The position numbers and the translations under genes are program-made. Positions 8,305 to 19,642 of a stretch of DNA of 64,000 bases are shown piece by piece. Source of the DNA: Chloroflexota bacterium (GTDB taxonomy: Bacteria > Chloroflexota > UBA11872 > VXOZ01); NCBI GenBank assembly GCA_964291655.2, contig OZ219802.1:2336001-2400000 (forward strand), read 5' to 3'. Positions within the stretch are counted from its first letter, which is position 1, and every line of letters starts with the position of its first letter. Below the pieces are notes generated by a model, which saw only the letters and a program-made list of their open reading frames with translations, had not been told where the DNA came from and searched no databases.

Positions 8305-10722
8305 TCAGTTATCTCGTTGGGGACGGTCGGTGCGCACGTCCCGCTGCACACTGACTACGCCGCCGACGCGTTCGATTTTGGCCATGAGGTCGGCCAGTCC
8401 GCCCACGCCGGTTACCTCGACCGTGAAGGTAATGGTGGCCGTGCCGCCGTCGGTGTGAACATTGGCGGCATTGATGTTGAATTTCTCTTCGGTCACGACG
8501 GTGCTAATGTCGCGCAGGAGCCCCGGTCTATCCATGCACTCGGCGCGCAGGGCTACCGGATAGAGAGTCTGTTGCTTGCTCGCGCGGGACCAGGATACAT
8601 CGGCGAGAGTACCCGGCGGGCCATTCTGACGCACGCGGCGGCAGTCGCTGCGATGGACCTCCACACCGCCATCGACAATGTAGCCCTTGATCTTGTCATT
8701 TTCCTGGGGGCCGCAGCACTGCGCCAGGTGAAGCGGCAGATTGCGCGCGTCATGACATAATACTTGGTCACCCCAATCCACCGGTACCAAGCGTTCTTTG
8801 TCCTTTACGCTGTGCACGTTGCGGCAGTCCCGGCGGTGTACGGTTACGCCCCGCCCGCGCGTAATGTAGCCGACAATGTGATCGCCGGGTAACGGCTTGC
8901 AGCAGGTTGCGAGACGGGTAAGCATGTTGCCCTCGCCCATCACCTGCACCGTACCCGTCGTCCTATCCGTCCGCGGTTCCGCAGGTAGAAAACTCGGCTC
9001 TACAGGAGCGGGTCCCGCTTGCTCGCTAGAACGACTCAGGTTCGTGACCACTTGCTGGGTGGAAATGGCGCCGTAGCCGATGGCCGCAAAGAGGTCCTCC
9101 GCCGTGTTGAAGGTGAAAGACTTGCACAACGTGCGAACGCGCGCCTCATCCACGCTGTTCAGGTCGCCCTGCCCCAAGCGCTGGATCTCTTTGTCCAGCA
9201 TGTCTTTGCCCCGCGCGACGTTCTCCGCGCGTTCTTGTTTCTTGAACCACTGGCGAATACGCTCGCGGGTGTGGCTGCTCTTGACGACGTTGATCCAGTC
9301 GCGGCTGGGGCCTTTCGGCGCCTTGCTCGTCTGAATGGCAACGACGTCGCCATTCTGTAGCTCCGTATAGAGCGGCTTGATTTGGCCGTTGATCTTGGCG
9401 CCGATGCACCGGTGTCCCACGTCGGTATGAATGCGATAGGCAAAGTCGATGGGCGTGGAACCGGCGGGCAGATCTTTCACATCTCCACGCGGGGTGAACA
9501 CAAAGACCTGGTCCTCGAAGATGTCGGCCTTGACGGTCTCAACGAAATCTCGCGCGCTCGAAAGCTCTTCTTGCCAGGTCAGCAACTGGCGTAGCCAGGC
9601 CAGACGTTCTTCCACGTTGCCACCCCGCGCTCCCTCTTTGTAGCGCCAATGGGCGGCGACGCCCAGTTCAGCTTCCTGGTGCATGTGCTGGGTACGGAGC
9701 TGCACTTCCACCGGCTGGCCGCGCGGCCCCATGACGGCAGTGTGCAATGAACGATAGTTATTCGACTTTGGTACCGAGATGTAGTCGTCGAACTGGCCGG
9801 GTATCGGCTTCCACAGGGTGTGCACTAAACCGAGCGTGGCATAGCACTGTTGCACGGTGCTGACAATGACGCGCAGGCCAATGAGGTCGTAGATTTCCTG
9901 GATGCCCACGCCCTTCCGCTGCATCTTGAACCACGTACTCGTAATGTGCTTCGGCCTGCCGCTCACCTCTCCCTGAATGCCGGCGCGCTTGAGTTCGTGC
10001 GTGAGGGTTTGCAGCGCTTCTTGCAGGACTGTGTCCTGCGCCGAGGATCTCTCCGCTAAGGTGGCCTCAATCTGCCGATAGACATCCGGATGGAGCACGG
10101 CGAAGGCCGCGTCCTCCAACTGCCACTTCCAGTGACCCATACCGAGTTGATTGGCGAGGGGCGCGTAAATCTCCAGGGTTTCGTGGGCTTTGCGGCGCTG
10201 CCGTTCCGGCTCAACATAGGCCAGCGTGCGCATATTGTGCAGGCGGTCCGCGAGCTTGACGATCACCACCCGGATGTCCCGTGCCATCGCCAGAAACATC
10301 TTACGGAGGTTCTCGGCCTGGGTATCTTCCAGATTCAAGAAGTCGAGCTGGGTGAGTTTGGTAACGCCGTCCACAAGCAATGCCACGTCGTCGCCAAATT
10401 GAGTCCTCACGTCATCCAGCGTTACGTCGGTGTCTTCCACGCAGTCATGGAGCAATCCGGCGCAAATGGTGCTGGTATCCATGCGGATTTCGGCGAGCAG
10501 GAGCGCGGTGCAGAGGGGGTGCTGCGCAAAGGGTTCGCCGGACTTGCGTACCTGCCCTTCGTGGGCGCGGTCGGCGAAGGCAAAGGCCTGTCGAATGCGG
10601 TTGAGTTCCTGCTTGCGCGCGTCGGGCTCTCCGCTCACATACGCGGCTACAGACGCGAGCAGTTCGTCGACCGTGCGTAATTGGGTCTCGTCGGGTGACG
10701 TGGCCGAGTGTGCCAGTGCCAT
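8305..10722 (-). CDS. relA: Bifunctional (p)ppGpp synthetase/hydrolase (long RSH) with duplicated zinc-finger domain
   Basis: HD motif GLLHDCVEDT, KLADRLHNMRTL, YRSLHT, EVQLRT, TGS (DFAYRIHTDVGH), two CC..H..C domains, C-terminal ACT (DRPGLLRDIS). Confidence 0.95.
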   Translation of the reverse strand: MALAHSATSPDETQLRTVDELLASVAAYVSGEPDARKQELNRIRQAFAFADRAHEGQVRKSGEPFAQHPLCTALLLAEIRMDTSTICAGLLHDCVEDTDVTLDDVRTQFGDDVALLVDGVTKLTQLDFLNLEDTQAENLRKMFLAMARDIRVVIVKLADRLHNMRTLAYVEPERQRRKAHETLEIYAPLANQLGMGHWKWQLEDAAFAVLHPDVYRQIEATLAERSSAQDTVLQEALQTLTHELKRAGIQGEVSGRPKHITSTWFKMQRKGVGIQEIYDLIGLRVIVSTVQQCYATLGLVHTLWKPIPGQFDDYISVPKSNNYRSLHTAVMGPRGQPVEVQLRTQHMHQEAELGVAAHWRYKEGARGGNVEERLAWLRQLLTWQEELSSARDFVETVKADIFEDQVFVFTPRGDVKDLPAGSTPIDFAYRIHTDVGHRCIGAKINGQIKPLYTELQNGDVVAIQTSKAPKGPSRDWINVVKSSHTRERIRQWFKKQERAENVARGKDMLDKEIQRLGQGDLNSVDEARVRTLCKSFTFNTAEDLFAAIGYGAISTQQVVTNLSRSSEQAGPAPVEPSFLPAEPRTDRTTGTVQVMGEGNMLTRLATCCKPLPGDHIVGYITRGRGVTVHRRDCRNVHSVKDKERLVPVDWGDQVLCHDARNLPLHLAQCCGPQENDKIKGYIVDGGVEVHRSDCRRVRQNGPPGTLADVSWSRASKQQTLYPVALRAECMDRPGLLRDISTVVTEEKFNINAANVHTDGGTATITFTVEVTGVGGLADLMAKIERVGGVVSVQRDVRTDRPQRDN

Positions 10723-10741
10723 CGGATAGCCCTATATTGTG

Positions 10742-12472
10742 TCACTCGCCATTCGAACTTTGGTCAGCGTTAGCTGCCTGCAAGTCTTGCAGGACAAACT
10801 CGAGACGAGAAAAGCCGCCCCACGTATTCTCTTGCAACGAATATACCACATCAAGGGTCTGCCCCTGGCTCAGCCCCCGGGCGCGGTCTGCCATGTGAAA
10901 GCCGATACCCGTAATGGACGTGCCATTTAGCGCAAAAGTTGTGCGGAGGTGGTTGGTGCCGACAACTCGCGTACCACTCAATGCGAGGTTCCGGCTGAGA
11001 AAGCGCGGTTCCGGATTACTCGCTCCAAAGGGGGAGAGGACGTTGATTTCGTCAAGAAGGTTGAGGTCCATCTTGTGGGCCCCTAACTGACAGTCAATAT
11101 CTAGCCGCGGCTGCAAGTCGGTGGGTTCAAGCAACCGGCGCGCGTCAGCCTGCAGCGCATCTCGCAGGGCGGCACGCCGTTCATTTACAACCGCAAACCC
11201 GGCAGCCTGGGGGTGGCCGCCGTGGCGTCGCATGAGGTCTCCCCGTGCGGCAAGCGCAGCGGCGATGTCGTAACCCTGAATGCTGCGACAAGAGCCAACC
11301 GCTTCGGTGTCGCCTACGGCAACGGCGAGCGTCGGCTTGCCAAATTCCTCGGAGAGCTTGCCGGCCACCAGGCCGATTATTCCGGTCGGCCAGTCTTCGC
11401 CCTCGACCCAGAGCAAGGCCTCGTCTTGCTGGGTCGGTTCAACTTGACTTTGCGCGTCGGCGATGAGACGTTTCGTCTCTTGCTGTCGAAGCTGGTTGAG
11501 CTGCTGCAACTCTGCGGCCAAGACCTGGGCGCGTGCGTGGTCCTTTGTCGTCAATAGGTCGTAGGCAAGGCGGGGATGGGCCATCCGTCCGGCCGCGTTG
11601 AGGCGCGGGGCCAGCGCAAAGCCAATACTGCGGCTATTGATTGTCGCCGGATCCACACCGGCAACCTGCATGAGCGCGCGCAAGCCGGCATGCTCGGTAT
11701 CCCGCAACGCCGCGAGGCCCGCCGTAACGATTGCTCTATTCTCACTGCGTAAAGGCACCACGTCCGCGACGGTTGCAAGGGCGGCAAATGCGCGGAGTTC
11801 GGTAAGTGTGGCGGATACCGCATCGCCGACCAATCCCACCGCGGTTAGGAGCGCGCAGGCCAGCTTGTATGCCAGACCGGCCCCGCAGAGTTCCGGAAAT
11901 GGGTACTGGCAGTCGTGCAGCCAGGGATTAATGATGGCGTGTGCTGCGGGGAGCTCCGGTGGAGGCTGGTGGTGATCCGTCACAATCACGTCCATACCTC
12001 GTTGCTTCGCCAGAGCCACCGGGCCGACGGCACTGATGCCGCAATCGACTGTTACGAGCAGCCCAACCCCCTCCGCCTCAAGCGCTTCGATCGACTGGTC
12101 CGTAATCCCGTAGCCATCCGTGACGCGGTGCGGCAAGCGGACGACGACCTTTGCGCCGAGATGGTCCAGCGCCTCGCGGAGAATGGCGGCGGCGCTGATG
12201 CCGTCCGCGTCGTAATCCCCAAACACCCCAATACACTCACGGTTGCGCACTGCCTCGAGAATGCGGGCGACCGCTGTGTCCATACCCTTGAGGAGAAACG
12301 GATCGTTCTCCCGCACATCTTCGCCCTGGAGAAAGCCCTGGATGTTTTCGCGTGTTCTGTAACCGCGATTGAAGAGCAGTTGCACTACCAGTCGATTGCA
12401 CGTCGGCAAGGAATTAAAGAGCGTCACCGGAGCGAGAGGCGCTACCTGCCAGCGGTAGCGAGGTGAGAGCAT
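10742..12472 (-). CDS. recJ: Single-stranded-DNA exonuclease RecJ
   Basis: GDYDADG, TVDCG, TDHH, ATVADVVPL, PRLNAAGR, GGHPQAAG. Confidence 0.96.
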   Translation of the reverse strand: MLSPRYRWQVAPLAPVTLFNSLPTCNRLVVQLLFNRGYRTRENIQGFLQGEDVRENDPFLLKGMDTAVARILEAVRNRECIGVFGDYDADGISAAAILREALDHLGAKVVVRLPHRVTDGYGITDQSIEALEAEGVGLLVTVDCGISAVGPVALAKQRGMDVIVTDHHQPPPELPAAHAIINPWLHDCQYPFPELCGAGLAYKLACALLTAVGLVGDAVSATLTELRAFAALATVADVVPLRSENRAIVTAGLAALRDTEHAGLRALMQVAGVDPATINSRSIGFALAPRLNAAGRMAHPRLAYDLLTTKDHARAQVLAAELQQLNQLRQQETKRLIADAQSQVEPTQQDEALLWVEGEDWPTGIIGLVAGKLSEEFGKPTLAVAVGDTEAVGSCRSIQGYDIAAALAARGDLMRRHGGHPQAAGFAVVNERRAALRDALQADARRLLEPTDLQPRLDIDCQLGAHKMDLNLLDEINVLSPFGASNPEPRFLSRNLALSGTRVVGTNHLRTTFALNGTSITGIGFHMADRARGLSQGQTLDVVYSLQENTWGGFSRLEFVLQDLQAANADQSSNGE

Positions 12473-12515
12473 GTGTTTGCCTTATGGAGTGTCAATCAGT
12501 TAGCTTATTGCCTGT

Positions 12516-12524
12516 ATTATACCA
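12516..12524 (-). promoter_or_regulatory. Extended -10 promoter for recJ-rel
   Basis: TGgTATAAT on minus strand about 45 nt upstream of recJ start. Confidence 0.55.
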
Positions 12525-12830
12525 TGCGCCTCTGCAGGGACATGCTGAGCGCAGACTTTGGGACTAACGAACTTGACTTGAATCTGTATGACAAGTCAAA
12601 TCCCGCGCTGTAGTGGTGGGTGGCAGCGGGGAGTCTTTGGGAAGTAGTAGATGGGAAGCGGCGAGGTTAGTTTAGGGATCGTCCGACTTGTCAATCGTTG
12701 AAGTCGAATCGTGCGAAACACGCCAAATGTGCACTCAAAAAGCGCAAGAGCTTACACAAATGCTGCGCAAACCCCACACTAACCCCAAACTTTACGACTC
12801 ATGGAAACCCCTTACGCCGCTTTGAAGTTA

Positions 12831-12839
12831 TGGTATGCT
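12831..12839 (+). promoter_or_regulatory. Extended -10 promoter of cassette genes
   Basis: TGgTATGCT about 50 nt upstream of 12888. Confidence 0.45.
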
Positions 12840-12887
12840 AGTGTAAGCGGAACGGACATAAAGGAGTAAACGTGAAAGGATAGGATC

Positions 12888-13160
12888 GTGGCTGCCGCTG
12901 CACATCCTGCTGCTTCTTTGGAGGAGAACATCGCTGCGTACAATGAAATGCGTAAGGAGCTAGAGGATAATCACTTCGGAGAATGGGTGGTGTTCCATGA
13001 CCGGCGACTGGTTGGCTTCTACGCCACTTACTCCGATGCCGCCGACGGAGCGATAGAAGCCTATGGCGATGACCCCTATTTGATTCGGAGAATCAGAAAC
13101 TACCCGGAGCACCTTCCGGTTTCCGCCTTGATAGGGGGAGGCAAAGTTGCTCACCGCTGA
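12888..13160 (+). CDS. DUF5678-like small protein
   Basis: 90 aa; ELEDNHFGEWVVFHDRRLVG..YGDDPYLIRRI pattern; overlaps the protease start. Confidence 0.7.
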   Translation: MAAAAHPAASLEENIAAYNEMRKELEDNHFGEWVVFHDRRLVGFYATYSDAADGAIEAYGDDPYLIRRIRNYPEHLPVSALIGGGKVAHR

Positions 13161-13572
13161 CATTGGGCCTATGGACAAAGACCTCCTAGTCCAAGATGGC
13201 CCACAGATCGAAGTAATGATTGGTTTTGACACCAAACTCATGAACGCTTGTCCAATGCCAGCACTTCTGGACACCGGCGCAACTTACAGCTGTATTGACC
13301 TAGAACTTGCAAAGCGCCTACACCTCAAGCAAACAGACTCTCGGCAGCTTGTTGGGGCGCATGAGAGAAGAGTTACGCCTTTCTATATGGCAGACATTTA
13401 CATACCACAGTTGGAGTGTGCTTGGCGTGATGAGTTCGGTGGATTGCCCCTTGAAGAAAACGGGTTCAGCTGCAAGGTCCTCATAGGAAGAAACCTGCTA
13501 AGCAACTTGCACCTGCGTTACGAGGGGTACACTGGAAAAGTGCTGATAGAATTCCCCAAACCAGGTTCTTAG
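13147..13572 (+). CDS. Retropepsin-like (clan AA) aspartic protease
   Basis: ALLDTGATYSCID catalytic motif and VLIGRNLL; RBS GGGGAGG before TTG. Confidence 0.88.
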   Translation: MLTADIGPMDKDLLVQDGPQIEVMIGFDTKLMNACPMPALLDTGATYSCIDLELAKRLHLKQTDSRQLVGAHERRVTPFYMADIYIPQLECAWRDEFGGLPLEENGFSCKVLIGRNLLSNLHLRYEGYTGKVLIEFPKPGS

Positions 13573-13611
13573 CTAAGCCCCTCTCCCCCGGACAAGCCTT
13601 GGATTGAAAGA

Positions 13612-13629
13612 CCCCGCCTTCCGGCGGGG
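13612..13629. terminator. GC hairpin after the protease gene
   Basis: CCCCGCC-ttcc-GGCGGGG; no clear U-tract on the plus strand. Confidence 0.35.
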
Positions 13630-14067
13630 CGTGCCAATTGCCGTCCCAAGAATCAAGTCAAGTTCGTTATTTCCTAGTCTTTCCAGGTAGTAAGATCTCG
13701 CGGGCCCGCTCTCCTGCCGGCAAGTGACCATCATGGTTCGACGAGTGTTTGCAGGGCGTCTGCGTGGGTCGTAGGCAGACGCGCCCGTATGGCAGATCGG
13801 CAAAGCGAACGTGCCGCGATCACCGGTGTTGCGGTCTCCGGACCGATGGGCGAGGCACCCATACCAGGGCCCACGGCCCAATTCGCTCCCAGCACACGCA
13901 GGTGCGAGAATGGCAGCGCGCACGCCTCTCATGCCACGAATCCACCCCGCAAACGGATGCGTGGTAGTAGGCATAGTTTGGCAATCTATGCTATTGTCGC
14001 CGTATTGAACATGCTCTTGTCGTAGCAACAGCGTTCGGAGCGCCTCGTCGGAATTGAAAGGCAAGCG

Positions 14068-14961
14068 ATGCAACGAATTGCACGTGAAAACTATACGTAC
14101 AGTTTCGATAAGGACGTGCCAGCGATAGCTGAAATAGCATCCGGCGACCGGCTCACGCTTGAGACCCATGATTCCTCTACCGGACGGATCAAGCGTCGTG
14201 AAGACCTGGACTACTATCTCTCCGTGCGTAAGACCCGTGAGTCGAATCCGGCGTGCGGACCGGTCACCGTGCGCGGAGCGATGCCTGGGGACGGACTCAA
14301 CGTTCGCATTGAAGAGATTGCGCTGGTACCTCCCGGTATCCTGCGCTTTACGCCGGGGTTCGGCATTCTGGCCGACGCGGCAGAATCGCCGGCGATTGTC
14401 ATTGTAGACGTGCAAGGCGACACCCTCGTTCTCGATAACGGCATTTGCCTGCCTGCACGCCCGATGGTCGGCGTCGTCGGCACCGCGTTACCAGATCGCG
14501 TGGTCTACACAGCCGATCCCGACATCAACGGGAGCAATATGGACTGCAACAGCATTGCCGAGGGCACGGTGGTGCACCTGCCGGTGTGGGTGCCGGGCGC
14601 GCAATTCGGTCTGGGCGACGTGCACGCGTCTATGGGTGATGCGGAGTCGACCGGCGGCGCAATTGAGATTTCAGCCGACGTGACGGTGCAGATTGACGTG
14701 GTGAAGAATGCCGGCTGGGAGAAAGTGTGGTGGGAGACCGATCAGTCCTGGATCACGTACGGGCACGGCGAGACGTTGGAAATTGCCACACGTGAAGCGG
14801 TGGCGGACATGTCAGGGTTGCTCTCGCGGCAACTGAATGTGCCGTACCATGAGGGCTTCATGCTGATTAGCGCTTATGGCGACGTGCGGATCGGTCAAGC
14901 CGCCAACTGCGGCCTGGACGTGACATCTTGGGTAGAATTTCCTAAAGTAGCAAGAGAGTGA
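14068..14961 (+). CDS. Acetamidase/formamidase family protein
   Basis: NPACGPVTVRGAMPGD, PMVGVVG, GSNMD, LGDVHASMGDAE. Confidence 0.92.
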   Translation: MQRIARENYTYSFDKDVPAIAEIASGDRLTLETHDSSTGRIKRREDLDYYLSVRKTRESNPACGPVTVRGAMPGDGLNVRIEEIALVPPGILRFTPGFGILADAAESPAIVIVDVQGDTLVLDNGICLPARPMVGVVGTALPDRVVYTADPDINGSNMDCNSIAEGTVVHLPVWVPGAQFGLGDVHASMGDAESTGGAIEISADVTVQIDVVKNAGWEKVWWETDQSWITYGHGETLEIATREAVADMSGLLSRQLNVPYHEGFMLISAYGDVRIGQAANCGLDVTSWVEFPKVARE

Positions 14962-15000
14962 TACCGGCGCAGTTCCTATCACGATGACGTGGAGGATGCC

Positions 15001-16254
15001 ATGAGCGAGCAGATTCCCCCGGACGAAAACGAAGATGACGTACGGCCCGCGCGCGGCCCGCAAGACGCCGACGATCCGGAGTTGCGGCGAAAAACCCAGC
15101 GCGAGCGCACCCTCGGCATCATCGTTGTTGGCATAATCGTAGTCGTCGCGCTCTTTGCCTTTGTCATCTATCCCCGTTTCCTGCAGCCCGTCCAACAGCA
15201 GACGGTTGCGAACATGCGCGGCGGTACGGAAGTGGCGGCGCAGGAGCATTTCACGCGCGCAATCGAGTTCATCAACGAATACGACTTCAACGGCGCCATG
15301 CGGGAATTGGATAGCGCCGTAGAGCTGGACGGCGAGAATCCGCAATTCCGTTTGGTTCGGGCCATCGTTGCCGTGCAACTCGATCGCTATAGCAAGGCGT
15401 TGGAAGACCTCGACACGGTTATCGCAGCGGATCCCGGCATGGCCGACGCCTATGGTATGCGCGCGAACGTCTATTTGCTGCAGGAAGACTACGAATCGGC
15501 GCTGGATGACGCCGACTACGCAATTTCGCTGGATTCTGAAACCGCCCACCGCTACTTGACCCGCGCCAAGGTGTACCAGGCCATGGGCGAATACGAAAAG
15601 GCGCTGGAGGATGCTGACGATGCGATACTCCTCGATCCGGGAAACCCCGAGGCCTACCGCGTGCGCGCGTATCTGGGCATCAAGGTAGGCGCCTGCATGA
15701 ACGCCCTGGCGGATGCCAATATCGTCACGGAGATGGTGCCAAATTACTCAGGGGCGTATCTGGCGCGCATTGCCGTCTACCTCGCACTGGAGCAATACGA
15801 GAACGCCATCGCCGATGCCACCCGGGAGATTGGTATGGCGCCGGAGGGCAGTTTCGGCTACAACGCCCGCGCCTGGGCCTACGCCAAGGCCGGCCAGTAT
15901 GAAAGAGCCCTTGAAGACGCCAACAGGTCAATTGAACTCGATGACGAATGCGCCGAGTGCTACGATACCCGCTCGCTGGTGAAGCTTGGTCTCGGCGATC
16001 TCAACGCGGCGGAGTCCGACGCGGATAGAGCCCTGCAATTGAGCGATCACGCGAGTTGGGCCTACGTAGGACGCGCCAAGGTCTTCTTGGCTAAGAATCG
16101 ACTTGATGCGGCGCTGGCCGACGCCAATTCTGCGGCGGAAGCCGGCCCCAATGAACGCGACGTCTTCAGCATCCGCGCCCAAATCTACCGCGCCATGGGC
16201 CGCACCAGCGAGGCCAACCGCGACGAGGCCCGGAAAGAGGCGCTTTCCTGTTGA
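15001..16254 (+). CDS. Membrane-anchored TPR-repeat protein
   Basis: One N-terminal TM helix, then ~10 TPR-like repeats (AY..RA..Y..G.YE.ALED...AI.LD); RBS GGAGG before ATG 15001. Confidence 0.88.
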   Translation: MSEQIPPDENEDDVRPARGPQDADDPELRRKTQRERTLGIIVVGIIVVVALFAFVIYPRFLQPVQQQTVANMRGGTEVAAQEHFTRAIEFINEYDFNGAMRELDSAVELDGENPQFRLVRAIVAVQLDRYSKALEDLDTVIAADPGMADAYGMRANVYLLQEDYESALDDADYAISLDSETAHRYLTRAKVYQAMGEYEKALEDADDAILLDPGNPEAYRVRAYLGIKVGACMNALADANIVTEMVPNYSGAYLARIAVYLALEQYENAIADATREIGMAPEGSFGYNARAWAYAKAGQYERALEDANRSIELDDECAECYDTRSLVKLGLGDLNAAESDADRALQLSDHASWAYVGRAKVFLAKNRLDAALADANSAAEAGPNERDVFSIRAQIYRAMGRTSEANRDEARKEALSC

Positions 16255-16469
16255 ACGGTGCGTAGGTTGGTGAAGTCTTCCCGGACTGCTCCAACAGTTG
16301 TCGTGTGCTGAGGGCGTGGCGCGGCACTGGCAATTGATACTGAGAGAACTCCCCATCCCAGTAGGCAGTGTCTGATTCGCGATCGTGAACTACCGAGACT
16401 TCACGGATTCTGAAGAGTCAGACTCTCAGTCGACCAGGACTCGCAAGACTTGTGCCAGCCGACTAGAAA

Positions 16470-17555
<1,086 letters not shown>

Positions 17556-17654
17556 GCGGCGAGAGTTTGACTCCTTCGGAACGAAATCCGGCTAAGGTAG
17601 GTGTGCGGCAGAATCGCGCAGACCTGCCACTGGTTTGCTCTGATACTCTTTGCG

Positions 17655-18974
17655 CTATGTTCGCACCGGCTCACCCAAGTCCACAATGCGAAGAAAGCCG
17701 GCAACTCTCTTCACCACTTCCAGGGCCGCAATGTCTTGCACGGCAGCCTGCATGGCCCGCTCATAGGCATCGTGGGTAGTAAAAACGAGTTCAGCCGTTT
17801 GATTGACCGGGTCGGCTTCTTTTTGGATCACGGAAGCAATGCTTATGCGATGTTCTCCGCAGATAGCCGCAATTTTGGCCAGCACTCCCGGTTGATCGGC
17901 GACCCACAGCCGAAAGTAAAATCGGGTTTCGATCTCGTCAATCGGTTTTAGCGACTTCGTGGCATCAATGGCATACGGAATACGGTTGGTTACACCGCTA
18001 ATTATGTTGTGGGCCACGTCAATGGCGTCGGCGACTATGGCGCTGGCCGTCGGCTCCGAGCCCGCGCCGCGACCGTAGAACATCACGTTTCCCACCAGAT
18101 CGCCCACGACGTACACTGCATTATACACACCCTCTACGCTGGCGAGCGGCGCGGCTTGAGGAATTAGGGCCGGGTGGACCGCCGCTTCATACCGGCCGTT
18201 GTCTTGGCGGGCAAGCGCAAGCAGTTTAATCACGTAGCCAAGGTCCTCCGCGTAGCGAAAGTCTGCAGGCTCAAGCTGCATGATGCCTTCATGGTAAATG
18301 GCTGCGGGGTCAACTTGGGTGCGAAAGGCCAGGGACGTCAGGATTGCCAGTTTGTAGGCGGCGTCGATGCCCTCCACGTCATTCGTCGGGTCGGCCTCGG
18401 CAAAGCCCAATTTCTGCGCTTCCGACAGCATATCCGCCAGAGCGGCGCCTTCTCGGGACATGCGGGTCAGGATATAGTTCGTCGTGCCGTTGATAATGGC
18501 GTAGATTTCATGAATCTCATTGGCGACCAGGTCTGAACGGAAGGGGCCGATCAGCGGAATGCCGCCGCCGACACTCGCTTCGTAGTAGATGTCGACGTTT
18601 TGCTGATTGGCTAGGCGCAGGAGTTCGGGCCCGTGGTTTGCCATCACGTCCTTATTGCCCGTAACCAGATGTTTGCCGGCCTGTATAGCACGCTTTGCGT
18701 ACGTGTACGCCGGTTCCACGCCGCCGATTAGTTCAATCACGATGTGTATCGATGGGTCTTCCAGAATTTCGGCGGGATCGGTTGTCAATAGCGCCGGCTC
18801 GACGCTGATCTCCCGGGCTTTCGCCATGTCTCGTACCAGAATCTTCTTGACGCGCAGATCGCGGCCCGTTTCCATAGCAAGCACGCGGGCTTTCTCACGG
18901 ACGATGCGCATAACGCCGCTACCGACGACGCCCAGGCCCAGCAACCCAATATTTATGGTCTTATCGTCATTCAC
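17655..18974 (-). CDS. hom: Homoserine dehydrogenase with C-terminal ACT domain
   Basis: GLGVVGSG, YEASVGGGIP, NGTTNYIL, GRGAG, DQPGVLAKI. Confidence 0.96.
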   Translation of the reverse strand: MNDDKTINIGLLGLGVVGSGVMRIVREKARVLAMETGRDLRVKKILVRDMAKAREISVEPALLTTDPAEILEDPSIHIVIELIGGVEPAYTYAKRAIQAGKHLVTGNKDVMANHGPELLRLANQQNVDIYYEASVGGGIPLIGPFRSDLVANEIHEIYAIINGTTNYILTRMSREGAALADMLSEAQKLGFAEADPTNDVEGIDAAYKLAILTSLAFRTQVDPAAIYHEGIMQLEPADFRYAEDLGYVIKLLALARQDNGRYEAAVHPALIPQAAPLASVEGVYNAVYVVGDLVGNVMFYGRGAGSEPTASAIVADAIDVAHNIISGVTNRIPYAIDATKSLKPIDEIETRFYFRLWVADQPGVLAKIAAICGEHRISIASVIQKEADPVNQTAELVFTTHDAYERAMQAAVQDIAALEVVKRVAGFLRIVDLGEPVRT

Positions 18975-19096
18975 CTCGCACCTTGCTCCTTAGCCGCGGC
19001 TACCTTATCGGGACACGTTTCTAGTTCTGGTTTTTCCAGACCCACCTGAGTGCTCTTCTACTGGGAGCCACTCTGAATCAGTACCCGCTTTTGCTC

Positions 19097-19633
19097 CTAG
19101 GTGAGTCCCAGTCGATAATCGAAGAATAGTGCCACATCCTGGGTGGGGTAGTACCGGTCATTGTATCCGCTGTACACAAATCCATTCTTGTTTAAGAACT
19201 GTATGGCGGGATAGTTTCGCGATTGGACGTCCATGCACAGTCCCTGCAGTTGGTTGTGCTTTGCCCAATTCAGACTCGTGCGCAGCAGGGCTGAACCCAC
19301 TCCCCGCCGACGCAGATCGGGCCGGACAACGATGCATTGCAAGAGACCGGTGCCGAGCCGCCGGGGCGAAAGCATGTCCAAGTATCCCACGATCACTTGT
19401 TCTACTTCTGCCACCAAGAAGAGGTCGCCGTTCCTCCAGTCCGCATGCAAGTCGTCGGGGTCTAGCGGCGGCTGCAGCGTTAAGACACGTGGCAGACGGC
19501 GTACGTTAAAGCCGGAAAGCTTCCGCTTGCCTTCCCAGCGCGTCTCCATAGCCCATACTGTTTGTGTTTGGTAAGAAGAATCGAGCCGTATGCAAGCGTC
19601 GATGTCTCTGCGCTCGGCGCGGCGTACACGCAT
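19097..19633 (-). CDS. GNAT N-acetyltransferase (SatA-like C-terminus)
   Basis: VRPDLRRRGVGSALL acetyl-CoA motif; NYPAIQFL..NGF. Confidence 0.85.
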   Translation of the reverse strand: MRVRRAERRDIDACIRLDSSYQTQTVWAMETRWEGKRKLSGFNVRRLPRVLTLQPPLDPDDLHADWRNGDLFLVAEVEQVIVGYLDMLSPRRLGTGLLQCIVVRPDLRRRGVGSALLRTSLNWAKHNQLQGLCMDVQSRNYPAIQFLNKNGFVYSGYNDRYYPTQDVALFFDYRLGLT

Positions 19634-19642
19634 GCGGGAGGC

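Larger units (their letters stand above)
12553..13680. mobile_element. Inverted-repeat-bounded, transposase-free cargo cassette
   Basis: TAACGAACTTGACTTGA (12565-12581) is the exact reverse complement of 13653-13669, extending imperfectly to ~33 bp; interior visibly lower in GC. Confidence 0.6.
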
